Assembly (NCBI RefSeq): GCF_006345805.1 | Contig: NC_042999.1 | Span: 120,900,001-120,964,000, forward strand | Source of the DNA: Octopus sinensis | Lineage: Eukaryota | Reading direction: 5' to 3' | DNA length: 64,000 bases | In this document: positions 52,598 to 64,000 of the stretch, one piece after another | Position numbering within the stretch: position 1 is the first letter of the stretch | Layout of the letters: the number at the start of each line of letters is the position of its first letter | The notes under the pieces: model-generated | Database searches by the model: none | What the model saw: only the letters and a program-made list of their open reading frames with translations | What the model was told of the DNA's origin: nothing | Made by a program: the position numbers and the translations under genes

Positions 52598-53400
52598 AAG
52601 GTGACGAGCTGGCAGAATCGTTAGCTCACCGGTTGAAATGCTTAGTGGCAATTTGTCCGTCGCTACATTCCGAAATCAAATTACGCAAAGGTCATCTTTG
52701 CCTTTCATCAAGTTGGGGGTCGATGAATTAATTACAAGTTGAGTACTGGGATCGATGTAATCGTTTATCCCCCTCTCCCAAATTTTAGTCTTTGTGTCTA
52801 TAGTAGAAAGGATTATTATAATTATTATTACTAAGTCAAGCTGACAGAATCGTTAGCATGCCGGACAAAATACTTAGCAGTATTTCATCCGCTTTCAAAT
52901 TCCGCCGAGGTCGACTTTGCCTTTCATCCTTTCGGGGTCGATTAAATAAGTACCAGTTACACACTGGGGTCGATATAATCGACTTAATCCGTTTGTCTAT
53001 CTTTGTTTGTCCTCTCTGTGTTTAGCCCCTTGTGGGTAAAAAAAGAAATAAGTATTTCGTCCGTTTTCACGTTCTCAGATCAAATTCCTCCGTGGTCGGT
53101 TTTGTCTTTCATTCTTTCGGGGTCGATAAAATAGGTACTAGTTGAGAAATGAGGTCGCTGTAATCGACTTACCTCCCCACAAAAGTAGTGAAGTAACAGA
53201 ATCGTTTGCGAGCCGGACAAAATACTTAGTGATATTTCATGTCTTTGTGTTCTGAGTCCAAATTCCGCCAAGGTCGACATTGCCTTTCATCATTATGGGT
53301 CGATAAAATAAGTACCATTTGGGTATTCGGGTCCATGTGATTAACTTAACCCCTACCTCGAAATTGCTGGCTTCGTGCCAAAATTCGAAATCATGGTTAT
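52597..53400 (+). mobile_element. Tandem cluster of four SINE family B copies
   Basis: Copies start at about 52597, 52835, 53050 (headless) and 53190, all co-oriented, after an (ATT)n run. Confidence 0.88.
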
Positions 53401-53430
53401 TATTATTGCTGTTGTTGTTTTGTTGTTAAT

Positions 53431-53465
<35 letters not shown>

Positions 53466-56185
53466 TAAGATCAACGACGTTATTGCAGTTGTGGCAAATA
53501 CATTTGCTATTATTTTCCTCACCATCATCATTATTATTAATGTGGCTATTTTTACTGTTATCCGTGTGTTGTTCTTGTATAATTAAAACAATATTTATTA
53601 GAAATAAATGGATGAAATAACTGTTCAATTTTAGGAAGCACTGACAAGAATAAGAACGAAATCAAAAAAAATTATCATTCCTAAAATTTATACAAATGAC
53701 TATACAAAGTTTTCTAAAGCTACAAGATTTTGCTTTTATGATGGAAATACTTAATTGTGAAGTCATGCGTGACATAACTACGCACTATTTGTTTTCATTT
53801 CTTTTATGTTTTATTATACATAGCTTTAAATAAGACATTCTTCGAGTGTTCTAAAATAGACTGGCTTCTGTTCATAGAAAATCACATAGCAAATGTCAGC
53901 AGTGTAGTAAAGTAGTCAATATGCGAGAGTTGTAGCAGTCAGACTGCTGTTACCGAGGAAGAACAATCGAAGAATACTGAGACAATTACTCCTCCTACAT
54001 ATTGATTATAGCGTTCTATTATAGCAGCCGTTACATGACTTCAACATTCGTTAATACTGAGAAGATAGAAAGGTTAATGAAAGAATTAGGCAGATAAATT
54101 ATTAGTCATTACTCTAGCACGATTCGCAAAATTACAATAGGATTATTTCAAGAAGGTTGCAGCACAACGAGACCCCGACTTTATTAGAAAAACTCTCATT
54201 CAGTCGCCTCGCTATTAACCTTGGAATATTCCACATACAATAGTGAAATTCCCCAGTTGATTTTAGGATTTAGCTATTTGATTTATTCGTTACCTCCTAG
54301 TAATTTCCCTGTTCATGCAAATTCAGTTGATTATCTATATTTAAGCAAAAGGTGACACTTTTTATTTGACTCTTACAAACCGGTATCAGTTCTATTTAAG
54401 AACTTCTAGACATAACAACTCCATAAATCATTGTCGACAATTTGGGAGGAAACTGCGATACATGGGAGGCTTGTATCACTGTTATTTTTCACTGAATGAT
54501 CGCTGATACTAAGTAGTTTTAATTTGGCTGTTTGTCATGCAAAACACATAGATAATAAAAAATATATACTTTTATCAGTAACTTTTATACATTATAATAT
54601 ATGGGTGCTGACAAAGGATAAATGAGTAAAGCCGCATCATTTTCAAGGAAAACTTAAAATTCAAACTTTATATCCAAGTATCGATTGCTACACCAAAAAT
54701 TAAAATGTTATGTCAGTGCTGCAGAAATAAAACCAGACAGCTTCTTTTTTTATTGCGTGATACCCCATGTGACGAAAATGTATGTGAACAAGTTCCATAT
54801 TATTGAACTAAGCTTTAAAGTTGTTCACCTCTTTTGAATAAAGTTTTAGATAGTATATTATGATTTCAATGCAACTTTACCATAAAATGTGCATTCACGT
54901 ATGTATTCAAAAAATTATTAGAGACACGCAGACAATGTGTAGTCACTGGTTTGAAACAGCAGCTTAAAAAACACTTAACTGGGGGTTTTATACTTCGTAT
55001 GTAAAGGAAATATAAAATCTATATATTATACAACTCATAAAAAGTTATGAAATGTTTCATGATTTCAACACGCTTCAATATATTTGTTGAAAATTAGTAG
55101 TCTTCTAGTTATGTTCAGATAATTGTAGTTGTGGAATGAATTTTCTTTGAATTCTTCACACATTAATTAACCTATTTATAAAATTGTTAATCACCTTTTA
55201 GACTCTTTATGCACTTGCAATTAGCTGTATTGTGTTTAAAATGAAATCTGCAAAATTATTAACGTTAATTCAACTCAAATTATTTAAGAAAAGTTTTCAA
55301 CTAATTAAACTCCTTAAAATAAAGTCTGTATTCTGAAACTTTATTTCATTTTATTTCACCACTATTGCTCTACCATTTAAAGATATTTATTTCAAAGCTG
55401 AATAAAATATTCATGAATAAAATCTTTGTGATATCTATTAAGCCATATAAGAGGATTCTTTTTTAAAGGGCTTCATCTCTATGCAGTACATTTAGGATAT
55501 ACCATATTCATGAGAGATTACCAAATTATCAGAGCATGGTAACGAAATATTCATTAAGTTTATAACTCACCTATTGCTTCTAATATTTAGCCTTGCGACT
55601 ATCTAGTTCATCTTTACAGCTATAGAGATTGAGTTGTTCAACCTGAAGATTATCAGATGAGGATCATAATACATAAGTGCAGCGCTGATAACACATCATG
55701 AAACGTTTATTCCTTGGTTGTACAATGCTATGGAAACTCTTAAGTATAAATTTCAATAAGTACTCAAGCCACGTACAATTCCGTAATTTTTGTATATTTG
55801 TAATGTTACTCCGTAGCAAAAGGGCAAGAAACTGAAAGAGACAAGACCAGAGCAAATTAGCCTTTTCCAGTCTTTACTCTTTACTCTTTCCGTTTCAATT
55901 CCTTGTCTTTCCGTTACAATTCCTGTCTTTACTACACTAAAGACACACCTATGCATTTTTGTATTTATGCATACATGTATACATATATACTTATACATAT
56001 ATGCATAAATATATGTAGGGGAGGATCGGGAACGAACTTGTGTTTTATAAATGCCACAATTTACAAAACACTCTATCTTCATACTTACACAGTGCTAATC
56101 ACCTTTTAGAAAGCATAAGTAGTTCTTTAACACATCTAATAACTAATAACAAACCGATTATAGCAACGACTCCATCAATTCCTAG

Positions 56186-56225
56186 GGATATCTGAGGAAG
56201 GAATTTTATTCCGAAATATCATCAG
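56186..56225 (+). ncRNA. Degenerate minimal hammerhead motif
   Basis: GAUAU-CUGAGGA-A-GGAAU(UUU)AUUCC-GAA-AUAU-C/AUCAG: perfect 5-bp stem II and AUC triplet, but stem I only 2 bp. Confidence 0.5.
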
Positions 56226-57004
56226 ACTATGGATCTTTAAATTACAACAGGTATATATCTCATTGTTTGTATTAGAGTGCATTGTTGTACCATTCGAAAC
56301 ATTTTATTCTTTACAAACAATACACAATCCTCAACCGAACAACAATACTCTCTAATAACAAAGTTTCAGTATATGAAAAAGAAAATCACTCGACCGAAAA
56401 TGTATAAAACCAAAGAACTAAATAAGGTCGATGTAAGAATGAAAACACGCACAGTATATAAACACGATTAATCCATCCTCAGCTGTTGCATCTCTTATCT
56501 TCATGGTTTAAATACTAAAATTACTATTACTACATTTTTAAATGCTCATAATTATCCCAAAATTTATTTGTGTGCTAGTTTTCATTAAAACGGTAATGTA
56601 ATGGCGGCACTGTTTAAATTTTTCAGGTTAGGAAGTTCTACCACAGCTACCGTATTCATTTGATATATGCCTGCACAGTATTACCATTTTCGTCGCTTTC
56701 CAAAATTCTGTGAAGCGTTTCTTTAAACAACCACGTGGAGCTGAAAATATAGCTCAATGAATTCTTTGAGTGAAGACCTGGTAATTTCTACCGTCAAATC
56801 AATGACAAAATAAAGGTGGTAAGATGGCGTGAACAATGGAGATTTGCCATTGGTAATGAAAATGAAAACAAATTGGAAAAAGTGGACCCATTTATCTGAC
56901 AGCCTAACACTTACATACTAATACCAACTCACACACACAAACACACACACACGTACGCACACACACACACACACACACATGCACACACCACATACACACA
57001 CACG

Positions 57005-57114
<110 letters not shown>

Positions 57115-58049
57115 ATGAAGAGATACAGACAGACAGAAACAGAGACCTAGTGAGAAAAAATCCAGCATATATGTCTAGTTTGATCATGAGTCAAAGACGA
57201 GAAAAGCGCAAAAATATGAAGTGCAACAACAAAGATAGACGTATTCAATGTAAATAAATACACCAATAAAAGAAACTGATGACAATCTATCGTTTCATGT
57301 AATACGCTTTATCAAAGAGAGGGAAAAGAAATAGGCAAGGCAATAAAATGAGAAAATATAAATATATCTATACATAAAATAAACGATACCGAATTTACAT
57401 ACACACGTTCATCAAAAGACATTTGTATCTAATGCAGCAAATCCTGCAAATTTTAACACATTAAAACTTGTTTCCAGTTAGACAAATCTAAAAGCAGAAT
57501 ATACTTACTAAGCTTCAGAAATATTGAACTCTCTTATTTTATTTTCATCTGACGGTTTAAAAAATTATATTTCTATAATCTATGTCATAGTTAGTGCAAT
57601 ATGACAACATTTTATTTTAGTTATTAATATAATTATTATATCTGCACAATTCTGATGTTAGAACAAATATGAGCTTTCTTCTGCATAGAATTCAAATTCT
57701 TTTGGTAATAATTTTCGAAAGTTCAAAGAGTGGAGAGCTTGGTAATGAATTTCACTTATACATAAAAATTAATTTACAGCAATCAACATGGGAACCTATA
57801 TATTATAGAAACAAGTTATATACATTTCATTTAATGAAGAGAGGACTTAGGATAATATAATCATTGATATATTATGTATGAAAATAAGATGTGATGGTGG
57901 TAACTGGAAAGTTTTTCACCATAGGTCTATCCACTGATGAGTAACCTGAATCTAAACAACAACGTATATGTAACATTTCTTATATAACGTTATGTTGAAT
58001 CCTATCGGCAACGAAAATAGCCAGTTTCTTTTTAGGATGATTACACAGT

Positions 58050-58260
58050 CACCATAATAATTTAATGCTCAGTAAAAATGTTATTTGGGTTATCAACCAA
58101 TAAATCACAATTTCACATTGGTTCATTTTATCAGTGTCAATGTAGGCAAGACTAACATCTTCTTGATGACTTAATTTTAACTTTCGAATGGAATACGAAA
58201 TAGATTAAAAACTATAAATGATGTCCGTATATTCAACCGTCCAAAGAAAGGGAGCCCAAA
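58050..58260 (+). mobile_element. Possible decayed PLE GIY-YIG fragment
   Basis: NNFNA..NVIWVI...QFHIG resembles the F.C.S.NVIY.I.C...YIG pattern; very degraded. Confidence 0.28.
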
Positions 58261-58782
58261 ATCGTTTGTGTTAATATATATTTCTTTATTGCCCACAGGG
58301 GGATAAAACCTAAAATCGTCTGAGTTAATATAAACGAATGAGAGTAGAAATTATTGTTCTGGTGTTCTAATAACCAAATATATAGAAGTATTATCATTCG
58401 TATGTAACTTTCTGGTTGCAGTATTAAATGCGTTTTAAGACAAAGTGGTTTTACAGAAATACTAACTATTTGATCTTGTAAAGGACTGGGATGAAAAATA
58501 ATCGCTAAAATTATTTCATTTCATACTGCTTTAATAACGGAAATAGGACCGAACATATAAGTGTATGCATATAGGCATAGTACACACACACACAAATACC
58601 TATGAATTAATATACACGTTTATGTGTGCATATATATGTATATACATTATGTATATATATACATATACGTATGTATATATACACATATATGTATATACAT
58701 ATATATATGTGTGTGTGTAGGTATACATGTTTTTATATATAATATATATATGATGTATGTATATATACATATGTATATATAT

Positions 58783-58849
<67 letters not shown>

Positions 58850-59534
58850 TTTGAGACGGTCATGTCACCATGTTATCAATAGCAATTCACACTGAATACA
58901 TTTTTGCATCATCTTTTTATTGTGATCGTTCAAATTATTAAATACTTAGCAATGGTCAACTTTGTCATAGTCCTTACATCATTGTCTTCCATGTTATCCA
59001 TTACATGCCTTCATATCTTCATCTTCCTTATTTCTCTTACAAGTTAGATTCTTGGTGTTTTCCCTGGATATTTGGAATGTGTGTGAGTGCATAAGTATTT
59101 CCTTTTTAGTAGGAGCACTTTCGTTTGTCATATAAGTGATATCTACCATTATATATAATTTGAACATTGATTTTCTTCGTACATTTTACTTCCAATAGAT
59201 ATATCTTTTTCCAAGCCTTCAAGCTTTTAGTTAATTCACATATCGCTCTATATTTCTCCTTTATTAGTTTTCTGCTTATTTATTTCCTTTACCCATCTTC
59301 TTTCTATAGGCTACGTTTGACGTTATATCCTCTAACGGCTTTTTTAAAAAAACTTAATAGCGTTCCGTTCAGCATTATACATATCCATCACATTTGGTTA
59401 AAATGTCTTATTGATGAGTTTGGTTTATTTCTTTCATTCCCTGATGAGAAATTTACGTTGTTTTACACCATTTTATTCCTTTAGAATAATACCAATGTTG
59501 TCTTCCAAACATGTGTCGGAAGTAAAAGAATTTG

Positions 59535-59574
<40 letters not shown>

Positions 59575-59613
59575 GTGTGTGTGTGTGTATACATAGACAT
59601 ATATACACACACG

Positions 59614-59660
<47 letters not shown>

Positions 59661-59868
59661 CAAAAGAGGTGTATTTCCACGCAGGAAAAAGTATAGGAAA
59701 ATTCGTTCTTGAAAATGCGCCTAAATTTGAAAAATCTCAAATTGTTTTTAAATAAAAATATTGTTGAAACTAGTTTGGTATATATGTAAATAAATTTATC
59801 GAAAATCAATTACAAGTGTTTCAAATCTTGGTGAGTTTTCAACCACGAATTCGCCTATATATATATAC

Positions 59869-59903
<35 letters not shown>

Positions 59904-59990
59904 ATAATATATATATATAATATATAATATATATATATATATATAATTATATATATATATATATATATATATACACGTGGACGTAAATAC

Positions 59991-60202
59991 CAACGTTGGC
60001 TTTCAAGTGGTGGGGGGAAAAATACAGACTTACAGACACAAACATACTCTCACACACACACATATATATATGTATATACATACATATATACATACATACG
60101 ACGAGCTTTGAGTTTTCGTCTATTAAATCCGCTCAGATGGCTTTGGTTGCCCGAGGTAGAGGAGAAGACACTTGCCCAGGTTTCCACGCAATGGGACTTA
60201 AT
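59991..60202 (-). mobile_element. SINE family A fragment, diverged
   Basis: GAAGACACTTGCCCAGG...CCACGCAATGGGACT is the reverse complement of the family A post-head region. Confidence 0.7.
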
Positions 60203-61588
60203 TACATAATCTCATCTATGTGGCTAATAGTTGATCCTTCAAGCATAAAGATCTTAAGGTTTCCAAGAGAAGAAACGCACATTATCATTTTTAAACTCTT
60301 CGCGATAAAATGTTTTCCTTTCAAATAATGATCTGAAAAGATGATAGTCAGATGAAACAAGCTAAGGAGAGTGAGGCCGATGAGACAAAACTTCCATATT
60401 TAGTAACATTATGTCTTTCTGTGGGACTAGAGCAATAAGTAAACTTCCATTTTCATGTAATAATAGCAACATTTTGCAATTGACCAATGATAGGTGCTTT
60501 TACTGCAAAGTTTTGTGACGACAACACTTCTGTTCCTTCTTTCGTTTTGATATAATATTTCATGATAGAGGACACCCTTCAAATCTCTATATTTATGTAT
60601 TCTGCTCTTTTACTTTTGATAGGACTTTTTGCTGGTTTATTGATATTTCCTTCATGAATGTTATTAAGTAAACTCTCATGTATATTCGTTTGACTGCTAA
60701 TAGCGCATGAATGTTGGTTTCTTTCATTTATATTAATTCTAGTGTTCTGCTACCCTCTCTACTAGTCGGCGGATGATTTCCTCTACACAACTTCAAGTGT
60801 TGTTCTTGATTGTGCCCCTCCCCTGCATCCCATATGGTATACTTCATTTCTAATTCTACAATTTAATTTTAGATTCAAACTATCCAGGCACTAGTAACTT
60901 TATTATTGGATCCTGGAATCATCGGGCTACTGCATTCTTGCAAAACTGATTTTTTTTTCATTAATGGGACGCAGAAAAGAAAGTGATTTGCTTGTTGAGG
61001 GTTTTCTGTTAATTTTATTTTAATGGTACTGTTTTGAGTTTCAGCATGCGTGGGTCTTAAGTTGCAGCTGATTTGGTAAGTAATGTTTGATTCTGATTTT
61101 GTAACGAGAAAAAATAACAACTATAATTAAATTAAGGAGGCCAAGATTCTGTGTTCTGTGAATAGGTACAAGTCAAAACAACTGAGCTGGCTTCAAATTT
61201 TATTCGCGAAAGAAATATTCATTGATGCAAAATTTGTCTATATACGGAGGTGACTAAGTAGTCTGATGAAGATAATGCTCACTTTTGGAACTAACATTTT
61301 AAGGTAGATAAATTAATTTATGGAAGTGAAATTCAAGTGTTATATAAATTTAGGAAATAGAATGGTGGTATCTAGATAGATTGATAATTAATAAAAAGGC
61401 GTAGAGAATGAAGAGAGGAATATGTGTGAAGAGTGGGAGGTAAGATTGAAGGATGTATTAACATTCTATGAAATTTTTGACATATAGACAGAAAAATATA
61501 TGTGTCCGTATATATATATGTGGTATACGTACACCACATATATGTAAGCTGTATATGGTATGCCATATGCACATATATGGTGTATATG

Positions 61589-61620
<32 letters not shown>

Positions 61621-61694
61621 GGGAAAGTTTACGAAAAAAACACGATTATATTTAGAGAAAGAGAGTCGCATACACACACACACATATACACACG

Positions 61695-61751
<57 letters not shown>

Positions 61752-62205
61752 TATATATATAGGCAAAACGAAGCTGCATAGATATGATGAGCATTTTAGA
61801 AAGTAATTCTAAGATCTCTCTAAATACTCAGTAAGAGGTACAGATATTCTTCTGCACAGTCTCCGATTGACCAATGATTTATGAATAAAGTTTTGTAGTC
61901 GCTCGTGCATTTCGTGTGGAAGACAAAAGCTGTGCTAATGACACCTATTGACCAAAGTCACGTTTCTGAAGATCTCTTCTTTTTTTCCAGACAATCATAT
62001 TGTTGTTTTTTTTATTTCAATGGCATATCAGATTTAAAGAATTGTATTTTCTCGGGACTATTTGACCTCCTCATTTTTAGTTCGTGTGTGTATTTCATAT
62101 ACATTCATTCGTTTTTTTTAATATATTTTGTTTTATATGTGTCTATCTAGTCTTTTAAATGTATATGCGCACAAGTGGATCTGGGTGTGGGATGAGTGTG
62201 TGTGT

Positions 62206-62450
62206 GAGTGCATGTCCCCTTAATAAAGTGTTGCACCACAACAGCAAGATCGTGGTTTCAATTCCAGGACTGGGTGGTATATTGTGTTCTTGAGCAAAAC
62301 ACTTCATCTCACGTTGCTGTAATCACTTCGACACATGGCATGTGGTACAACGGGGATCTTCGATTTGATAGAGAGGGTAAGATAATGGACAGAACATACA
62401 TTTGATAACTATAAACAAACGATCGTGCAGGTTGTTCCTTCTCAGACTAC
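62206..62450 (+). mobile_element. SINE family C variant
   Basis: GGTTTCAATTCC B-box-like motif, then GTGTTCTTGAGCAAAACACTTCATCTCACGTTGCT; different 3' body. Confidence 0.7.
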
Positions 62451-62494
62451 CAGAGACTACCATTATTATAAATATATCTATATTTATATATATA

Positions 62495-63697
62495 ATTGGG
62501 TTGGCAACTACGTTACCGCCGTTTTTTTTAAATTTAAAGTATTATAAGGTTTAATAAAAAAAAAAACTAATTAATCAATATTGTATTCACCCTTGTTGTT
62601 TACAACTTGTTCCCAACGTTCAACAAGATTTTCAATACCTCGTTGGTAGAAATCACCCGATCTAGACTCGAAAAATTGATCCAACCAAGCTCTCAATTCT
62701 GCATCAGTATTGAGCGAAATTCCGCGCATAGTATTTCAAAGAGATCGAAAGAGGTGGAAATCCCTTGGTGCTAAATCAGGAGAGTACGGCGGCTGTGGCA
62801 GCACCTCCCAGCCATGCGTTTGAATGGCTTCCTTGGTCATATTGGCGATATGAGAGTGGGCGTTGTCGTGCAGCAGAAGAACTCTATGCTGCTGATTAGG
62901 TCTTTTTCTCTTGAATATCTCTGTTGAGTCGTTCCATCTGCTGAGCATAGAGTTCCGTGTTGACTGTTTGGTTCCGTTCAAGCAATTAGTAATGGATAAT
63001 CTCTTCCCAGTCCCACCATAGGCACAACATCGTTTTACGCGGACTAAGATCTTGTTTCACGCGCGGTGTCGCTTGTTTACCGGGGCGAAACCATTCCTTA
63101 CACTGCTTCATATTGATGTTCAGGCACCATTTTTCACCACCAGTAACGATTCGGTAAAGAAATCGTTGCTTATCTCCATGAGTTGAGCGGTGACGAGCAA
63201 GCAAACCAACGGAGATTGTGGCTCGTTGATTTTTGTTGTTGTCACTTAAAGTATGCGGAACCCATGCTCCATACTTCTGAACCTTTCCATCGAGTGAAGA
63301 TGCTTCTCAATAGCAGTGTGGGAACATTGAATTTTCTCTGTCAGTTCCCTTTTTGTTTGACGAGAATTTTCGTGCAAAAGTTGGTTTACTCGCTCTTCAT
63401 CGAATTCAACTGGACGGCCAGAACGAGGTGCGTCTTTGAGGTTAAAATTTCCATTTTACCAATCACGAGCGGTTCTTTCAGCTATGGCACCCTCTCCATA
63501 CACAACACAAATGTCGCAAGCAGCTTTTGCGCGGCCTTAGAACCTTGTTTAAAAGCAAAAAGAAGGTGTCGAAAACGCTCGTTTTTCTTAACTTGACATT
63601 CCATTTTGATGATCTGAAAATACACAAAAAAAAAAATAGATTCCAAAATTTAAAAACGCAATAAATTCCAAAATTTAAAAAAAGCGGCGGGAACTTA

Positions 63698-63698
<1 letters not shown>
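62495..63698 (-). mobile_element. mariner (Hsmar1/mellifera-cecropia-like) transposon, near full length
   Basis: TA-ATTGGGTTGGCAACTACGTTACCGCCG TIR at 62495; partner CGGCGGGAACTTAG at 63685-63698, with its outer part replaced by (TA)n. Confidence 0.93.
62571..63604 (-). pseudogene. mariner DD34D transposase pseudogene
   Basis: MECQVKKN start, LKDAPRSGRPVEFD, IVTGGEKW (first D to G), LLHDNAHSH, PPYSPDLAPRDFHLFRSL and KGEYNID* end; frameshifts and stops. Confidence 0.93.
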
Positions 63699-63780
<82 letters not shown>

Positions 63781-63784
63781 GTGA

Positions 63785-63990
63785 AGGCTTAGTGGTATTC
63801 GGGTCCTGGTTGCTCGTTGTGTCCTTAAGCAAGACACTTTATTTCTCGTTGCTCCTGTCCACTCAGTTGGCAAAATAAGCTGTAACTGTCTTCCAAAGGA
63901 CTATCCTTGTCATATACTGTGTCGTGTGCGTCTGTCACTTGCACTTTATTTACATGAGTAGGCTGTTTCGTCGTCACAGACGGAGTGCCA
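63785..63990 (+). mobile_element. SINE family C variant with deleted head
   Basis: GTTGTGTCCTTAAGCAAGACACTTTATTTCTCGTTGCTCC core. Confidence 0.72.
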
Positions 63991-64000
63991 GTATATATAT

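Noticed and set aside
57933-57965. CTGATGAG core-like motif
   Set aside because: No downstream GAAA or paired stems.
61262-61300. CTGATGAAG followed by GGAACTA
   Set aside because: No convincing stem II, GAAA altered, and no stem I.

Overview
AT-rich, extremely microsatellite-dense animal DNA, most likely an octopus (cephalopod) intron or intergenic region. The species call is an inference from the tRNA-derived SINE families and the (TA)/(CA)/(ATT) density. No intact host gene or spliced exon could be supported, and nearly all ORFs in the supplied track are microsatellite artefacts or transposon fragments. The window is a patchwork of mobile elements: about 11 copies of one microsatellite-containing SINE (A), about 10 of a second (B), four of a CORE-like third (C), one Tc1 and three mariner relics, several R4/Dong (RLE) LINE fragments, a young CR1-type LINE lacking its RT core, an RTE 3' end, a Penelope-like (GIY-YIG) relic, two LTR remnants, a fold-back MITE and a tandem 556-bp element of unknown class. 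The most notable signal is a set of sequence-unrelated type I hammerhead ribozyme motifs (6177-6229, 42577-42675, 46686-46733, 56186-56225, and a weak one near 8250). They sit in short non-coding repeats with Penelope-style inverted or tandem architecture, and one is joined to a tRNA-like head. This suggests several ribozyme-bearing retrozyme/pLTR-type families. All folds were done by eye and none has been tested for cleavage.
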